Source of the DNA: Bacteroidota bacterium
GTDB lineage: Bacteria; Bacteroidota; Bacteroidia; Flavobacteriales; Flavobacteriaceae
Assembly (NCBI GenBank): GCA_040387655.1
Contig: JAZKDI010000003.1
Location: 177,659-241,658, forward strand
DNA length: 64,000 nt
Direction of reading: 5' to 3'
Part shown: piece by piece, positions 34,833 through 44,848 of the stretch
How positions within the stretch are numbered: position 1 is the stretch's first letter
Layout of the letters: every line of letters starts with the position of its first letter
Made by a program: the position numbers and the translations under genes
Notes under the pieces: generated by a model
Told to the model about the DNA's origin: nothing
The model's database searches: none
The model's input: only the letters and a program-made list of their open reading frames with translations

Positions 34833-37028
34833 TTAATTCGCTACTTCGCTAATAAACTTTATCCGCATTAAACGAAGTTCATCGATATCATATTCCCCTT
34901 CAAACTCTTTTAACGCATCTTCGATTTTATCGGAATGGGAGTCCATGAAGTAATCATGAATCTCTTCTTGTTGCTCTTCATCAAGCAATTCATCTATCCA
35001 ATATTTAATGTTTAGTTTGGTTCCCGAATAAACAATTTGTTCCATCTCCTTTATCAGCGTGTCCATCGTGAGGCCTTTTGCCCTAGAAATATCATCAAGT
35101 GATAATTTTCGGTCGATATTTTGGATAATGTATAATTTATTAACAGAATTTGCCCCTGTAGATTTTACCACCAAATCATCGGGACGAATAATATCGTTAT
35201 CTTCAACATAGCGGTTGATTAAATCAACGAAATCTTTTCCGTATTTTTTGGCTTTGCCTTCACCTACTCCGTGAATATTACCCATTTCCTCGAGGGTAAT
35301 TGGATACTTTAGCGCCATATCTTCCAATGATGGATCCTGAAAAACCACAAATGGAGGAACTCCAAGTTGCTTTGCCACTTTTTTACGCAAATCTCGTAAC
35401 ATTGCCATTAAAGCTTCATCAGCAGTTCCTGAGGATTTTGCTGCTGTGACAATTGCTTCGTCTTCCGTTTCATTGTATTCATGGTCTTCAGACATCATAA
35501 ATGAAGTTGGATTCTTAATGAAATCCAATCCTTTATCGGTAATTTTTACAATACCATAGGTCTCAATGTCTTTGGTTAATAAACCATCAACTAACACCTG
35601 ACGGATTAATGCCATCCAATATTTTTCTTCAAAATCAGATCCGGATCCAAAAAAACTTTGCGTATCAGTTCTATGTGCTTTTATCATTGCATTTACTTTC
35701 CCAATAAGTGTGTAAACCACTTCTTTTGATTTGTATAAATGCTTGGTATCGCGAACAACTTCAAGTAATTTCACTACTTGTTTCATTGCTTCGACTTTGG
35801 TTTTTGGATTACGGACATTGTCGTCCATATCGGCACCTTCACCGTTTTCGCTATCGAACTCCTCACCAAAATAATGCAATAGGAATTTTCTTCTGGACAT
35901 AGAAGTTTCGGCATAAGCCACCACTTCCTGTAAAAGTGCAAAACCTATTTCCTGTTCGGCAACCGGTTTACCCGACATGAATTTTTCTAGTTTTTCAACA
36001 TCTTTATAAGAATAGTAAGCAAGGCAATGACCTTCGCCTCCGTCACGGCCTCCTCGACCCGTTTCTTGGTAATAGCTTTCAAGTGATTTTGGAATATCAT
36101 GGTGAATCACAAAACGGACATCTGGTTTATCGATTCCCATCCCAAAAGCAATGGTAGCTACCACAACATCAACATCTTCCATAAGGAACATATCTTGGTG
36201 TTTGGCACGGGTTTTAGCATCCAATCCTGCGTGATAAGGAACTGCACTAATACCATTTACTTGTAAAACCTGAGCTATTGCTTCCACTTTTTTACGGCTC
36301 AGACAATAAATGATTCCCGATTTTCCTTTATGCTGTTTGATAAAACGAATAATATCCGCTTCTATGTTTTTAGTTTTTGTACGTACTTCGTAGTATAAAT
36401 TAGGTCTGTTAAAAGACGCCTTAAACGTATTGGCATTCGCCATATCCAAATTTTTCAGGATATCTTCCTGCACTTTTGGCGTAGCCGTAGCGGTTAAACC
36501 TATAACAGGCACATCTCCTAACTGTTTAATGATATGACGTAAATTACGGTATTCAGGTCTAAAATCATGCCCCCATTCTGAAATACAGTGTGCTTCATCA
36601 ATGGCAACAAATGAAATTTTAACGGTTTTTAAAAAATTGATGTACTCTTCTTTTGTTAACGATTCTGGCGCAACATATAAAAGTTTGGTGAGTCCGGAAG
36701 TAATGTCTTTTTTAACTTGTGCAATTTCGGTTTTAGTGAGCGATGAATTCAACACATGTGCAATTCCGTTTTCAGAAGACAAACTCCTAATGGCATCAAC
36801 TTGGTTTTTCATTAAGGCTATTAATGGGGAAACTACAATTGCAGTCCCTTCATGAATCAAAGCAGGCAATTGGTAACAAAGTGATTTTCCTCCACCAGTA
36901 GGCATAATTACGAAAGAGTTGTGTCCCGTAATTATACTTTTTATGACCTGTTCTTGCAGTCCTTTAAATTGGTTGAAACCAAAATATTTTTTTAATTCTT
37001 TATGGATGTCAATTTCGGCTGAATTCAT
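34833..37028 (-). CDS. recQ: DNA helicase RecQ
   Basis: MPTGGGKSLCYQ, DEAHC, HDFRP, QETGRGGRDG, RQC and HRDC domains. Confidence 0.97.
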   Translation of the reverse strand: MNSAEIDIHKELKKYFGFNQFKGLQEQVIKSIITGHNSFVIMPTGGGKSLCYQLPALIHEGTAIVVSPLIALMKNQVDAIRSLSSENGIAHVLNSSLTKTEIAQVKKDITSGLTKLLYVAPESLTKEEYINFLKTVKISFVAIDEAHCISEWGHDFRPEYRNLRHIIKQLGDVPVIGLTATATPKVQEDILKNLDMANANTFKASFNRPNLYYEVRTKTKNIEADIIRFIKQHKGKSGIIYCLSRKKVEAIAQVLQVNGISAVPYHAGLDAKTRAKHQDMFLMEDVDVVVATIAFGMGIDKPDVRFVIHHDIPKSLESYYQETGRGGRDGGEGHCLAYYSYKDVEKLEKFMSGKPVAEQEIGFALLQEVVAYAETSMSRRKFLLHYFGEEFDSENGEGADMDDNVRNPKTKVEAMKQVVKLLEVVRDTKHLYKSKEVVYTLIGKVNAMIKAHRTDTQSFFGSGSDFEEKYWMALIRQVLVDGLLTKDIETYGIVKITDKGLDFIKNPTSFMMSEDHEYNETEDEAIVTAAKSSGTADEALMAMLRDLRKKVAKQLGVPPFVVFQDPSLEDMALKYPITLEEMGNIHGVGEGKAKKYGKDFVDLINRYVEDNDIIRPDDLVVKSTGANSVNKLYIIQNIDRKLSLDDISRAKGLTMDTLIKEMEQIVYSGTKLNIKYWIDELLDEEQQEEIHDYFMDSHSDKIEDALKEFEGEYDIDELRLMRIKFISEVAN

Positions 37029-37050
37029 TCTTTGTTAATGGTATTTTACA

Positions 37051-37058
37051 TAAATTTG
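37051..37058 (+). promoter_or_regulatory. -7 box TAAATTTG
   Basis: Upstream of the kpsF-tatC operon. Confidence 0.55.
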
Positions 37059-37113
37059 CAGAACTAAAGATACAAATTTCTTTAATATATACAAATTTTA
37101 TATAATTTCTGTT

Positions 37114-38079
37114 TTGATAACACCCGATACTATTTTGGCTACAGCCAAAAAAACCATTCTCTCTGAAAGTCAATCCATTGCAAGATTGACTGATTTACTG
37201 ACAGACGATTTCGTAAAGGCAATTGAAATTATTTTCAATACCAAAGGCAGGCTTATTGTAACCGGAATAGGAAAGAGCGCAATTATTGCCCAAAAAATAG
37301 TAGCATCGATGAATTCTACTGGAACGCCATCCATGTTTCTTCATGCATCGGAAGCGATTCATGGTGATTTAGGAATGGTGCAGCCAGAAGATGTTGTAAT
37401 CTGTATTTCTAAAAGCGGAAACAGTCCCGAAATCAAGGTTTTGGTTCCTATTTTAAAGCGTTTTGGAAATACCTTAATTGCGATTACCGGAAACACAACT
37501 TCATTTTTGGCAAAAGGCTCGGATTATGTTTTAGACACTACTATTGACTCTGAATCCTGTCCTAATAATTTGGCTCCCACAAACAGCACTACAGCACAAT
37601 TAGTTATGGGTGATGCCCTAACCATTTGTTTGATGGAAATGCGAAACTTTAAAAGTGAGGATTTTGCAAAATACCATCCTGGAGGGGCTTTAGGTAAAAA
37701 ATTATTACTTCGTGTTGGCGACATGCTTGATCAGACACATAAACCAACAGTTGCTCCGGATTCGACAATTAAAAAAGTGATTTTTGAGATTTCGGAAAAA
37801 CGTCTAGGCGTAACAGCTGTAGTGGAAGAAAATAAAGTAATCGGGATTATCACTGATGGAGACATCAGGCGAATGTTAAACAAGAGGGATACGTTTACTG
37901 ATTTGACTGCAAAGGATATTATGACCAAAAACCCTAAAATGATCCAGCTTACTGACATGGTTGTTGACGCGTTGAATATTCTTGAAGATTTTTCTATAAC
38001 TCAATTAGTTGTAGTTGAGAACAATGAATACAAAGGAGTGTTGCATTTGCATGATATTTTAAAAGAAGGAATTGTATAA
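37114..38079 (+). CDS. kdsD: KpsF/GutQ arabinose-5-phosphate isomerase
   Basis: TGIGKS, EAIHGDLG, PTNSTT, HPGGALG, two CBS domains; TTG start. Confidence 0.92.
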   Translation: MITPDTILATAKKTILSESQSIARLTDLLTDDFVKAIEIIFNTKGRLIVTGIGKSAIIAQKIVASMNSTGTPSMFLHASEAIHGDLGMVQPEDVVICISKSGNSPEIKVLVPILKRFGNTLIAITGNTTSFLAKGSDYVLDTTIDSESCPNNLAPTNSTTAQLVMGDALTICLMEMRNFKSEDFAKYHPGGALGKKLLLRVGDMLDQTHKPTVAPDSTIKKVIFEISEKRLGVTAVVEENKVIGIITDGDIRRMLNKRDTFTDLTAKDIMTKNPKMIQLTDMVVDALNILEDFSITQLVVVENNEYKGVLHLHDILKEGIV

Positions 38080-38900
38080 TGGCTAAGAAAAACTTAAATG
38101 AGATGTCTTTTTTAGACCATCTTGAAGAATTAAGATGGTTGCTGGTACGAAGTGCCGCAGCAGTTTTGATTATGGCTTTTGCCTCTTATTTTGTATGTGA
38201 TTTTTTGTTTGATACGGTTATTTTCGGTCCAACCCGGCCTTCGTTTATTACCTATACTTTTTTTTGTGATTTATCACATCAATTGGGTTTTGCCGAAAGT
38301 ATTTGTATTACTGAAATGCCTTTTATCATTCAGAACACGGAAATGGAAGGCCAAGTAAACATCTTTATTTGGATGTGTATTTTAGCTGGATTTATTCTCG
38401 CTTTTCCTTATATTTTATGGGAATTATGGAAATTTATCAGTCCGGCACTTTATGAAAAGGAACGGAAAAATGCCAAATTATTTATCTTTGTATCTTCTTT
38501 GCTTTTCTTTTTAGGGGTTCTTTTTGGTTATTTTATAGTACTCCCAATGTCGGTTAATTTTGTTGCTACTTTTACCATTAGTGACATCATTAAAAACCAA
38601 TTCACACTGGATTCCTATATTGGAATGGTTAAAACATCGGTGATAGCAAGTGGATTGTTCTTTGAAATGCCTATCATAATTTATTTCTTGACCAAATTAG
38701 GTTTGGTTACCCCAGAATTTTTGCGAAAATATAGAAAATACGCAATCGTAATTGTATTGATTGTTGCTGCTATTGTCACTCCTCCAGATGTTGTGAGTCA
38801 GATAATCGTTGCTGTTCCAATGTTACTATTATTTGAATTGAGTGTTATAATTTCAGCTATTGTATATAAACGAAAAATAAAAAATGAGCAATCTAATTAA
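38079..38900 (+). CDS. tatC: Twin-arginine translocase subunit TatC
   Basis: MSFLDHLEELR, FISPALY, FEMP, TPPDVVSQ. Confidence 0.96.
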   Translation: MAKKNLNEMSFLDHLEELRWLLVRSAAAVLIMAFASYFVCDFLFDTVIFGPTRPSFITYTFFCDLSHQLGFAESICITEMPFIIQNTEMEGQVNIFIWMCILAGFILAFPYILWELWKFISPALYEKERKNAKLFIFVSSLLFFLGVLFGYFIVLPMSVNFVATFTISDIIKNQFTLDSYIGMVKTSVIASGLFFEMPIIIYFLTKLGLVTPEFLRKYRKYAIVIVLIVAAIVTPPDVVSQIIVAVPMLLLFELSVIISAIVYKRKIKNEQSN

Positions 38901-39234
38901 CGAATTCAACGACTACCGTTCAAAAATGAACGAAAAATTATTGGCAGATAACAATAAAATCGTAAAACGCATCTTCAATTTAGACACCAATGCCTATGCA
39001 GAAGGCGCTTTGGACGTAAAAACCAAAGAACTTTTAGGATTAGTTGCTTCGGCAGTTCTAAGATGTGACGACTGTGTAAAATACCATTTGGAGACAAGCT
39101 ATAAAGAAGGCGTTACGAAAGAAGAAATGATGGAAGCAATGGGAATTGCTACATTAGTTGGAGGGACAATTGTAGTTCCTCATTTACGTAGAGCGTATGA
39201 ATTTTGGGAAGCTTTAGAAGAAAGTGGTCAGTAA
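38884..39234 (+). CDS. Carboxymuconolactone decarboxylase / AhpD-like protein
   Basis: KTKELLGL, RCDDCVKYH. Confidence 0.85.
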   Translation: MSNLINEFNDYRSKMNEKLLADNNKIVKRIFNLDTNAYAEGALDVKTKELLGLVASAVLRCDDCVKYHLETSYKEGVTKEEMMEAMGIATLVGGTIVVPHLRRAYEFWEALEESGQ

Positions 39235-39249
39235 ATAGTGTTCAGTAAT
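39222..39249 (+). repeat. Degenerate 7-bp array spanning the stop codon
   Basis: AAGTGGT CAGTAAA TAGTGTT CAGTAAT. Confidence 0.6.
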
Positions 39250-39268
39250 TACAATTTAAATTAGACTT

Positions 39269-40009
39269 ATGATATTAAGAGCAGAAAATTTAATCAAGAC
39301 CTATAAAGGACGAAGTGTCGTAAAAGGCATTTCGGTAGAAGTGAACCAAGGCGAAATCGTGGGGCTTTTAGGTCCAAATGGTGCTGGAAAAACGACTTCT
39401 TTTTATATGATTGTAGGATTGGTAAAACCAAATTCGGGAAATATTTATCTTGATGACTTGAATATTACTGACTATCCAATGTACAAAAGAGCCCAACAAG
39501 GTATTGGATATTTGGCACAAGAAGCTTCTGTTTTTAGAAAATTAAGTATTGAAGATAATATTTTAAGCGTGCTTCAGTTGACTAAATTATCCAAAGCTGA
39601 ACAAATTGCAAAAATGGAAAGCTTGATTGATGAATTCAGTCTTCAGCATATTCGTACCAATCGCGGGGATTTACTTTCCGGAGGGGAAAGACGACGTACA
39701 GAAATAGCCCGTTGTTTAGCCACTGACCCCAAATTCATTTTATTAGACGAGCCTTTTGCAGGGGTTGATCCCGTTGCAGTGGAAGACATCCAAAGAATCG
39801 TTGCCCAATTAAAAAACAAAAACATCGGAATCCTTATTACTGACCACAACGTTCAGGAAACATTGGCAATTACAGATAAAACTTATTTAATGTTTGAAGG
39901 TGGAATCCTAAAAGCAGGAGTGCCAGAAGATTTAGTGGAGGATGAAATGGTGCGTCGGGTTTATTTAGGCCAGAACTTTGAATTGAGGAAGAAAAAGATT
40001 GAGTTTTAA
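39269..40009 (+). CDS. lptB: LPS export ABC transporter ATPase
   Basis: GPNGAGKT, YLAQEASVFR, LSGGERRR, ITDHNV. Confidence 0.96.
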   Translation: MILRAENLIKTYKGRSVVKGISVEVNQGEIVGLLGPNGAGKTTSFYMIVGLVKPNSGNIYLDDLNITDYPMYKRAQQGIGYLAQEASVFRKLSIEDNILSVLQLTKLSKAEQIAKMESLIDEFSLQHIRTNRGDLLSGGERRRTEIARCLATDPKFILLDEPFAGVDPVAVEDIQRIVAQLKNKNIGILITDHNVQETLAITDKTYLMFEGGILKAGVPEDLVEDEMVRRVYLGQNFELRKKKIEF

Positions 40010-40082
40010 GTAAAATCCTTGCAGTGAAGGTTGCAGCATTTAACATCTGAGCCTATCCTAACCACAACGCTAATTCACAAAA

Positions 40083-40316
40083 ATGAAACAAGAAGAACCA
40101 TCTAAAGAAACTTTACAAAATTGGAGTAAAGACCCAAACAATTGGAAATGGGGAATGTTTTATTACAACAAAGAAGATAAAAGGATTTTGCCTCCAAAAA
40201 GAATTCCATGGATGGGATGGACTGTAAATTTTGCAAATAGAAACTCCCTTTTATTATTTTTGGCTATCTTAATTATTGCTCTTATTCCACTACTTTTTTT
40301 CCAAAAGCATTCCTAA
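40083..40316 (+). CDS. Small membrane protein (DUF5808-like)
   Basis: WKWGMFYYNKED..PKR...GWTVNFA plus a C-terminal TM. Confidence 0.7.
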   Translation: MKQEEPSKETLQNWSKDPNNWKWGMFYYNKEDKRILPPKRIPWMGWTVNFANRNSLLLFLAILIIALIPLLFFQKHS

Positions 40317-41016
40317 CTACCGACAACAATACATAAAATAGGATTACCAAAGCGACTCCTAAAAATTGAAATACTCCCAATAGTATAATTGAAATCAGTA
40401 AAAATAAGATTTGCAACGCATTGTCCTTTAAATTAAACTTTTTTATTTTTAAAGAAAATAATGGAATTTCTGCATTCATAACATAAGCACTCAATAAAGT
40501 GATTCCTATAAGAACCCATTCGTTTTTAAGCATATCCGCAATAAAACCATCTTCAGAATAATTTAAAATTAAAGGCAAACTCAAAACAAACAAGGCATTA
40601 GCCGGAGTAGGCAATCCTATAAAAGAGTCTGTTTGTCTTGTATCAATATTGAAATTCGCCAGTCTGTAACAAGCTCCAAGAGTAATTATAAAACCCAGTA
40701 AAGAAAAGCAAATACTAAAACTAAATTCATTCAACGATCCAGTTTTTAATGAATTTGCCAACATAAAAAACATTACTGTACCAGGAACTACTCCACTTGT
40801 CACCATATCTGCAAGAGAATCCAATTGCAATCCCAGCGGACTTGAAACCTTAAATAATCTTGCAAAAAATCCATCAAAAAAATCAAAAAAGATACCTAGA
40901 CAAACAAAATAAAATGCCATATCAAATTGTTCATTAAACACAAAAACCAAAGCAATACAACCACAAAAAAGGTTCAGAAGTGTTATAATATTTGGAATGT
41001 GCTTTTTGATGTTCAT
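40282..41016 (-). CDS. pssA: CDP-alcohol phosphatidyltransferase (phosphatidylserine synthase)
   Basis: DFFDGFFAR...G..LDSLAD, RLANFN, FIGLPTPA; start at MNIKK (41016). Confidence 0.88.
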   Translation of the reverse strand: MNIKKHIPNIITLLNLFCGCIALVFVFNEQFDMAFYFVCLGIFFDFFDGFFARLFKVSSPLGLQLDSLADMVTSGVVPGTVMFFMLANSLKTGSLNEFSFSICFSLLGFIITLGACYRLANFNIDTRQTDSFIGLPTPANALFVLSLPLILNYSEDGFIADMLKNEWVLIGITLLSAYVMNAEIPLFSLKIKKFNLKDNALQILFLLISIILLGVFQFLGVALVILFYVLLSVVRNAFGKKVVE

Positions 41017-41064
41017 ATTTCGAATTATTGTTTTTATGTTGAAACTATTCAATTTTTAAGTTTA

Positions 41065-41132
41065 CAAATTTAGCACAATAACTGAAAGAGAAGTACGTTT
41101 TTTTATTAGAGTTTTGCATAACTATACTTTTG
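41065..41132. promoter_or_regulatory. Divergent -7 boxes (TAAATTTG minus at 41065-41072; TACTTTTG plus at 41125-41132)
   Basis: Exact matches. Confidence 0.55.
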
Positions 41133-41223
41133 ACTACTATTTATTTAGTTAAATTGTCGGGCACCTCAACTAAAATGTATATTTTTGATAAAAATTTCCA
41201 ACTTTGATTTAAAAAAATTCGCC

Positions 41224-42291
41224 TTGAAAAAAACTTCATTAGTAATCTTACTATTCACAACCATTTTATCTTATAGTCAAGGAGTTAGAAAATACTCTAA
41301 TGAATTTATGAATATTGGTGTTGATGCCGCTGCATTGGGAATGTCAAATGCAGTTGTGGGAAGTACAAGCGATGTAAATTCAGGATATTGGAATCCTGCT
41401 GGATTATTAGGCTTAAAAGACAGACAAATAGGTTTAATGCATGCCAGCTATTTTGCAAATATTGCTCAATATGATTATGCTGGTTTTGCAATGCCTATTG
41501 ACAATAAAAGCGCTTGGGGAATTTCCCTTATCCGTTTTGGTGTTGACGATATCTTAAACACCACCCAATTAATTGATGATCAAGGAAACATAGACTACAA
41601 CCGTATTAGTTTATTCTCTACTGCTGATTATGGTGCTACTTTTTCTTATGCCAGAAAATCAAAAATAGTTGGATTGAATTATGGTGTAAATGCTAAAGTG
41701 ATTCGACGAATAATCGGAAAATTTGCCAGTTCCTGGGGATTTGGATTTGATTTAGGTTTGCAATATGAACGCAAGAATTGGAAATTTGGTTTAATGGTTC
41801 GTGACATTACCACAACTTATAATGTTTGGACAATTGATGAAGAAGAATACACAAAAGTACAGGATGCAGTTGAAGACCAGAATCAAGAATTGCCAGAAAC
41901 CACTGAAATTACTTTTCCGAAAGTGCAATTAGGAGTATCTAAAAAATTCTTGTTTAAAAACCAAACCAGTTTATTGGCGGCGACTAATTTAAATACTCGC
42001 TTTGAAAGAACGAACGATATTATTTCCAGCGAAAAATTAAGTGTTGATCCTGCTTTGGGATTTGAATTTGGTTATACCGAATTGGTTTTTTTACGCGCAG
42101 GTTTTGGAAATTTTCAAAATATAGAACAAATAGACGGTAGCAAAAAAGTAGGGTTTCAACCCAATATTGGTTTGGGATTCAAATACAAAGGAGTACAAAT
42201 TGATTATGCTTTAACCGATTTAGGGAATCAAAGTGCTGCATTATACTCTAATGTCTTTTCACTGAAAATTGATTTAAGTATTTTTAAATAA
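41224..42291 (+). CDS. PorV/PorQ-like outer-membrane beta-barrel protein
   Basis: FMNIGVDAAALGM, YWNPAGL, beta-strand pattern; probable TTG start at 41224. Confidence 0.75.
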   Translation: MKKTSLVILLFTTILSYSQGVRKYSNEFMNIGVDAAALGMSNAVVGSTSDVNSGYWNPAGLLGLKDRQIGLMHASYFANIAQYDYAGFAMPIDNKSAWGISLIRFGVDDILNTTQLIDDQGNIDYNRISLFSTADYGATFSYARKSKIVGLNYGVNAKVIRRIIGKFASSWGFGFDLGLQYERKNWKFGLMVRDITTTYNVWTIDEEEYTKVQDAVEDQNQELPETTEITFPKVQLGVSKKFLFKNQTSLLAATNLNTRFERTNDIISSEKLSVDPALGFEFGYTELVFLRAGFGNFQNIEQIDGSKKVGFQPNIGLGFKYKGVQIDYALTDLGNQSAALYSNVFSLKIDLSIFK

Positions 42292-42302
42292 CAACTTGGT
42301 TA

Positions 42303-43400
42303 ATGTTTAAAAAAATAGCCCTTTTACTTTTTTTTATTAATTTTTCTGGCTTTTCACAACAAGTTACAATCTCTGAACCTTTAACAATTAGCATTTTAAC
42401 TGTAGGGACAGCTGACGAATCACATTCATTATACGGACATACGGCTTTACGTATTGTTGACAATTCAAATCATACGGATTTGGTTTATAATTACGGTATG
42501 TTTGATTTTCGAACGGAAAACTTTGTTTTGAAATTCGTGAAAGGCGACTTACAATATTTTGCAGCAGCTTATCCCTACGCTGATTTTGAATATAGTTACA
42601 GGGAAGAAAACCGTTCTATTTACGAACAGGTACTAAATCTGTCTTCGGAAGAAAAACTAGCTTTACAGCTTAAATTAATCAATACTTTATATTCCAAAGA
42701 CCGTATTTATACTTATAAATTCATAGATAGAAATTGCACTACAAAAGTAGTTGACATTATAAACGATGTTTTAAAGTCCAAAGTAATTACAAAGAAAAAA
42801 TTCGATTCAAAAACCTATCGTGATGTGTTGTTTCCTTATGCAAAAAATCATTTTTTTCAAAAGTTGGGAATCAATATAATTTTTGGAACCAAAGTAGACA
42901 ACAATGCCAGTACTATTTTCCTCCCATTTGATTTAAAAGAAAATCTTGATAAAACTACTTATAAAAATAAAGCGCTGGTTCAGGAAACCAAAACTTTATT
43001 TGAAGCCAATAGAAAGCCCATAACTTCTCTTTGGGACACGATTTACATTTTAATTGGCGCTTTAGTGCTTTTGATTATAATCAACAATAAAAAACTTACT
43101 ATAGCTTATTTTATAATTTTAGGGTTTCTTGGATTATTGTTTTCAGTTATTGGATTGTATTCTTTCCACAAAGAGTTATTATGGAATTACAACGTATTGT
43201 TATTCAATCCGCTATCGTTGGTATTAGTCTTTTTTATTATAAAAAATAATATCTTGTGGATATCTCGAATTTGTAAATGGTGTTTGGCTTGTATTGGGAT
43301 TTATACCGTTTTTATGCTTAACAAAATTCATTTACTAATTGTACTTCCAATAATTGCAACTACTGCAATACAATTAATCCGATTGATAAGAAGAAAATAA
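42303..43400 (+). CDS. DUF4105 protein, Lnb-like lipoprotein N-acyltransferase candidate
   Basis: YGHTALR, YNYGMFDF, YKFIDRNCTT, C-terminal TM bundle. Confidence 0.75.
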   Translation: MFKKIALLLFFINFSGFSQQVTISEPLTISILTVGTADESHSLYGHTALRIVDNSNHTDLVYNYGMFDFRTENFVLKFVKGDLQYFAAAYPYADFEYSYREENRSIYEQVLNLSSEEKLALQLKLINTLYSKDRIYTYKFIDRNCTTKVVDIINDVLKSKVITKKKFDSKTYRDVLFPYAKNHFFQKLGINIIFGTKVDNNASTIFLPFDLKENLDKTTYKNKALVQETKTLFEANRKPITSLWDTIYILIGALVLLIIINNKKLTIAYFIILGFLGLLFSVIGLYSFHKELLWNYNVLLFNPLSLVLVFFIIKNNILWISRICKWCLACIGIYTVFMLNKIHLLIVLPIIATTAIQLIRLIRRK

Positions 43401-43402
43401 TC

Positions 43403-44797
43403 TTATTGACCCCTATAGAACAATACTGTACTTATTGTTTTAATAACGATATTGATGTCTAAAAAAATACTTCGGTGTTTAATATAATACAGGTCATATT
43501 GCAATTTTATCAAAGAGTCTTCTATACTTTCCCCATAAGAATAATTAACCTGGGCCCATCCTGTTAGTCCTGGTTTTATAATATGCCTAGTTTCATAAAA
43601 AGGCATTATTTCGGATATTTCCTTGACAAAAACTGGTCTTTCAGGCCTTGGACCTATAATACCCATTTCTCCTTTCAGAATATTAATGAACTGGGGTAAT
43701 TCATCGATTCTTGTTTTACGCAAAAACTTACCAAACGGAGTAATCCTTATATCATTTTGAACGGCGAAAACAGCTCCATGGGACTCCGCTTTCTCAATCA
43801 TCGTGCGGAATTTATGTATTTTAAATATTTCACCGTTTTTCCCGACTCTCTCCTGTATATAAAATAAAGAACCTCGGCTTTTGCCCAAAAAATTTCCAAT
43901 TAGTATAAAAGGAATCAACAATCCCGTAATCAATAACCCAACAAAAGAAATCGTATATTCTACTATTTGTATCCAAAGCAAATAAAGTGTGTTTTGATTA
44001 CTTCTGCTAAATGGAAAATAACGATAGAAGTCCCGCGCTACATATTGCACTGGGATACGTTGTGCAGTATGCTCATATACTTTTGTATATTCCCTGATTA
44101 CAAAACCATTCTCCAATAAATGGAGTAGTTTATTATATAATGAAATCGTGATTCCTTCTGTGTTTTGAGAGGCAATCACAATTTCTGAAACTGAATGCTT
44201 GCTAACAAATTTTTCTAAATGTTCAATATTTATTTTATGGATATTGTTTTTTGTCGCTATCTTATTTTCGATGTCGGAGTCGATATAACCTAATACCTTA
44301 TAATGAGGATCTGCATTTTCAAGTCCAATGATTAGCTCTTCAGCCTGATTGGAATCACAGACTAAAATTACTTTTTTCACAAACCGAAGTGAGCCAAAAA
44401 AATAAAGGTAAATCATTCTCCATAAAAATAGAGCCAGTAAAATAGAAAGAAAAAAATAGATTATTTGCAACCTATTGTTAGGTAGCATTGGAGTATAAAA
44501 AGGTGTCAATAAATAAAACAACACCGTTGTAGATGATGTTAGAAGAATACTCCTAATGACTTCGTATTGTTTATTGGCAACTTGCAGGTTGTACATTTCG
44601 AAAACAGCACCAAATAAACTAATATAAAAACCCAGTACAATTAACCAATAATAATTGTCTCTACCAATTTTAAAATAATCAAAATCAAAAACTATCCCAA
44701 CTAAGTATAACGCTAAAAATACAGATACGATATCAAAAATCCTTAAAAGAACTTTTCTTTCTGATATTTCGAAATGTATTTTTCTATGGATTAGCAT
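43403..44797 (-). CDS. Priming polyprenyl glycosylphosphotransferase (sugar transferase)
   Basis: N-terminal TMs, KFRTM, RIDELPQF, IGPRPER, KPGLTGWAQV. Confidence 0.93.
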   Translation of the reverse strand: MLIHRKIHFEISERKVLLRIFDIVSVFLALYLVGIVFDFDYFKIGRDNYYWLIVLGFYISLFGAVFEMYNLQVANKQYEVIRSILLTSSTTVLFYLLTPFYTPMLPNNRLQIIYFFLSILLALFLWRMIYLYFFGSLRFVKKVILVCDSNQAEELIIGLENADPHYKVLGYIDSDIENKIATKNNIHKINIEHLEKFVSKHSVSEIVIASQNTEGITISLYNKLLHLLENGFVIREYTKVYEHTAQRIPVQYVARDFYRYFPFSRSNQNTLYLLWIQIVEYTISFVGLLITGLLIPFILIGNFLGKSRGSLFYIQERVGKNGEIFKIHKFRTMIEKAESHGAVFAVQNDIRITPFGKFLRKTRIDELPQFINILKGEMGIIGPRPERPVFVKEISEIMPFYETRHIIKPGLTGWAQVNYSYGESIEDSLIKLQYDLYYIKHRSIFLDINIVIKTISTVLFYRGQ

Positions 44798-44820
44798 TTT
44801 TTATAAGTGTAAATGGAGTA

Positions 44821-44828
44821 CAAAGTTA
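44821..44828 (-). promoter_or_regulatory. Internal -7 box TAACTTTG for the priming transferase
   Basis: CAAAGTTA on +. Confidence 0.55.
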
Positions 44829-44848
44829 CTTAAATATAAGGTAAATAT

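Noticed and set aside
40282-40316. 35-nt convergent overlap of the DUF5808-like gene and pssA as antisense regulation
   Set aside because: Short tail-to-tail overlaps are common in compact genomes.
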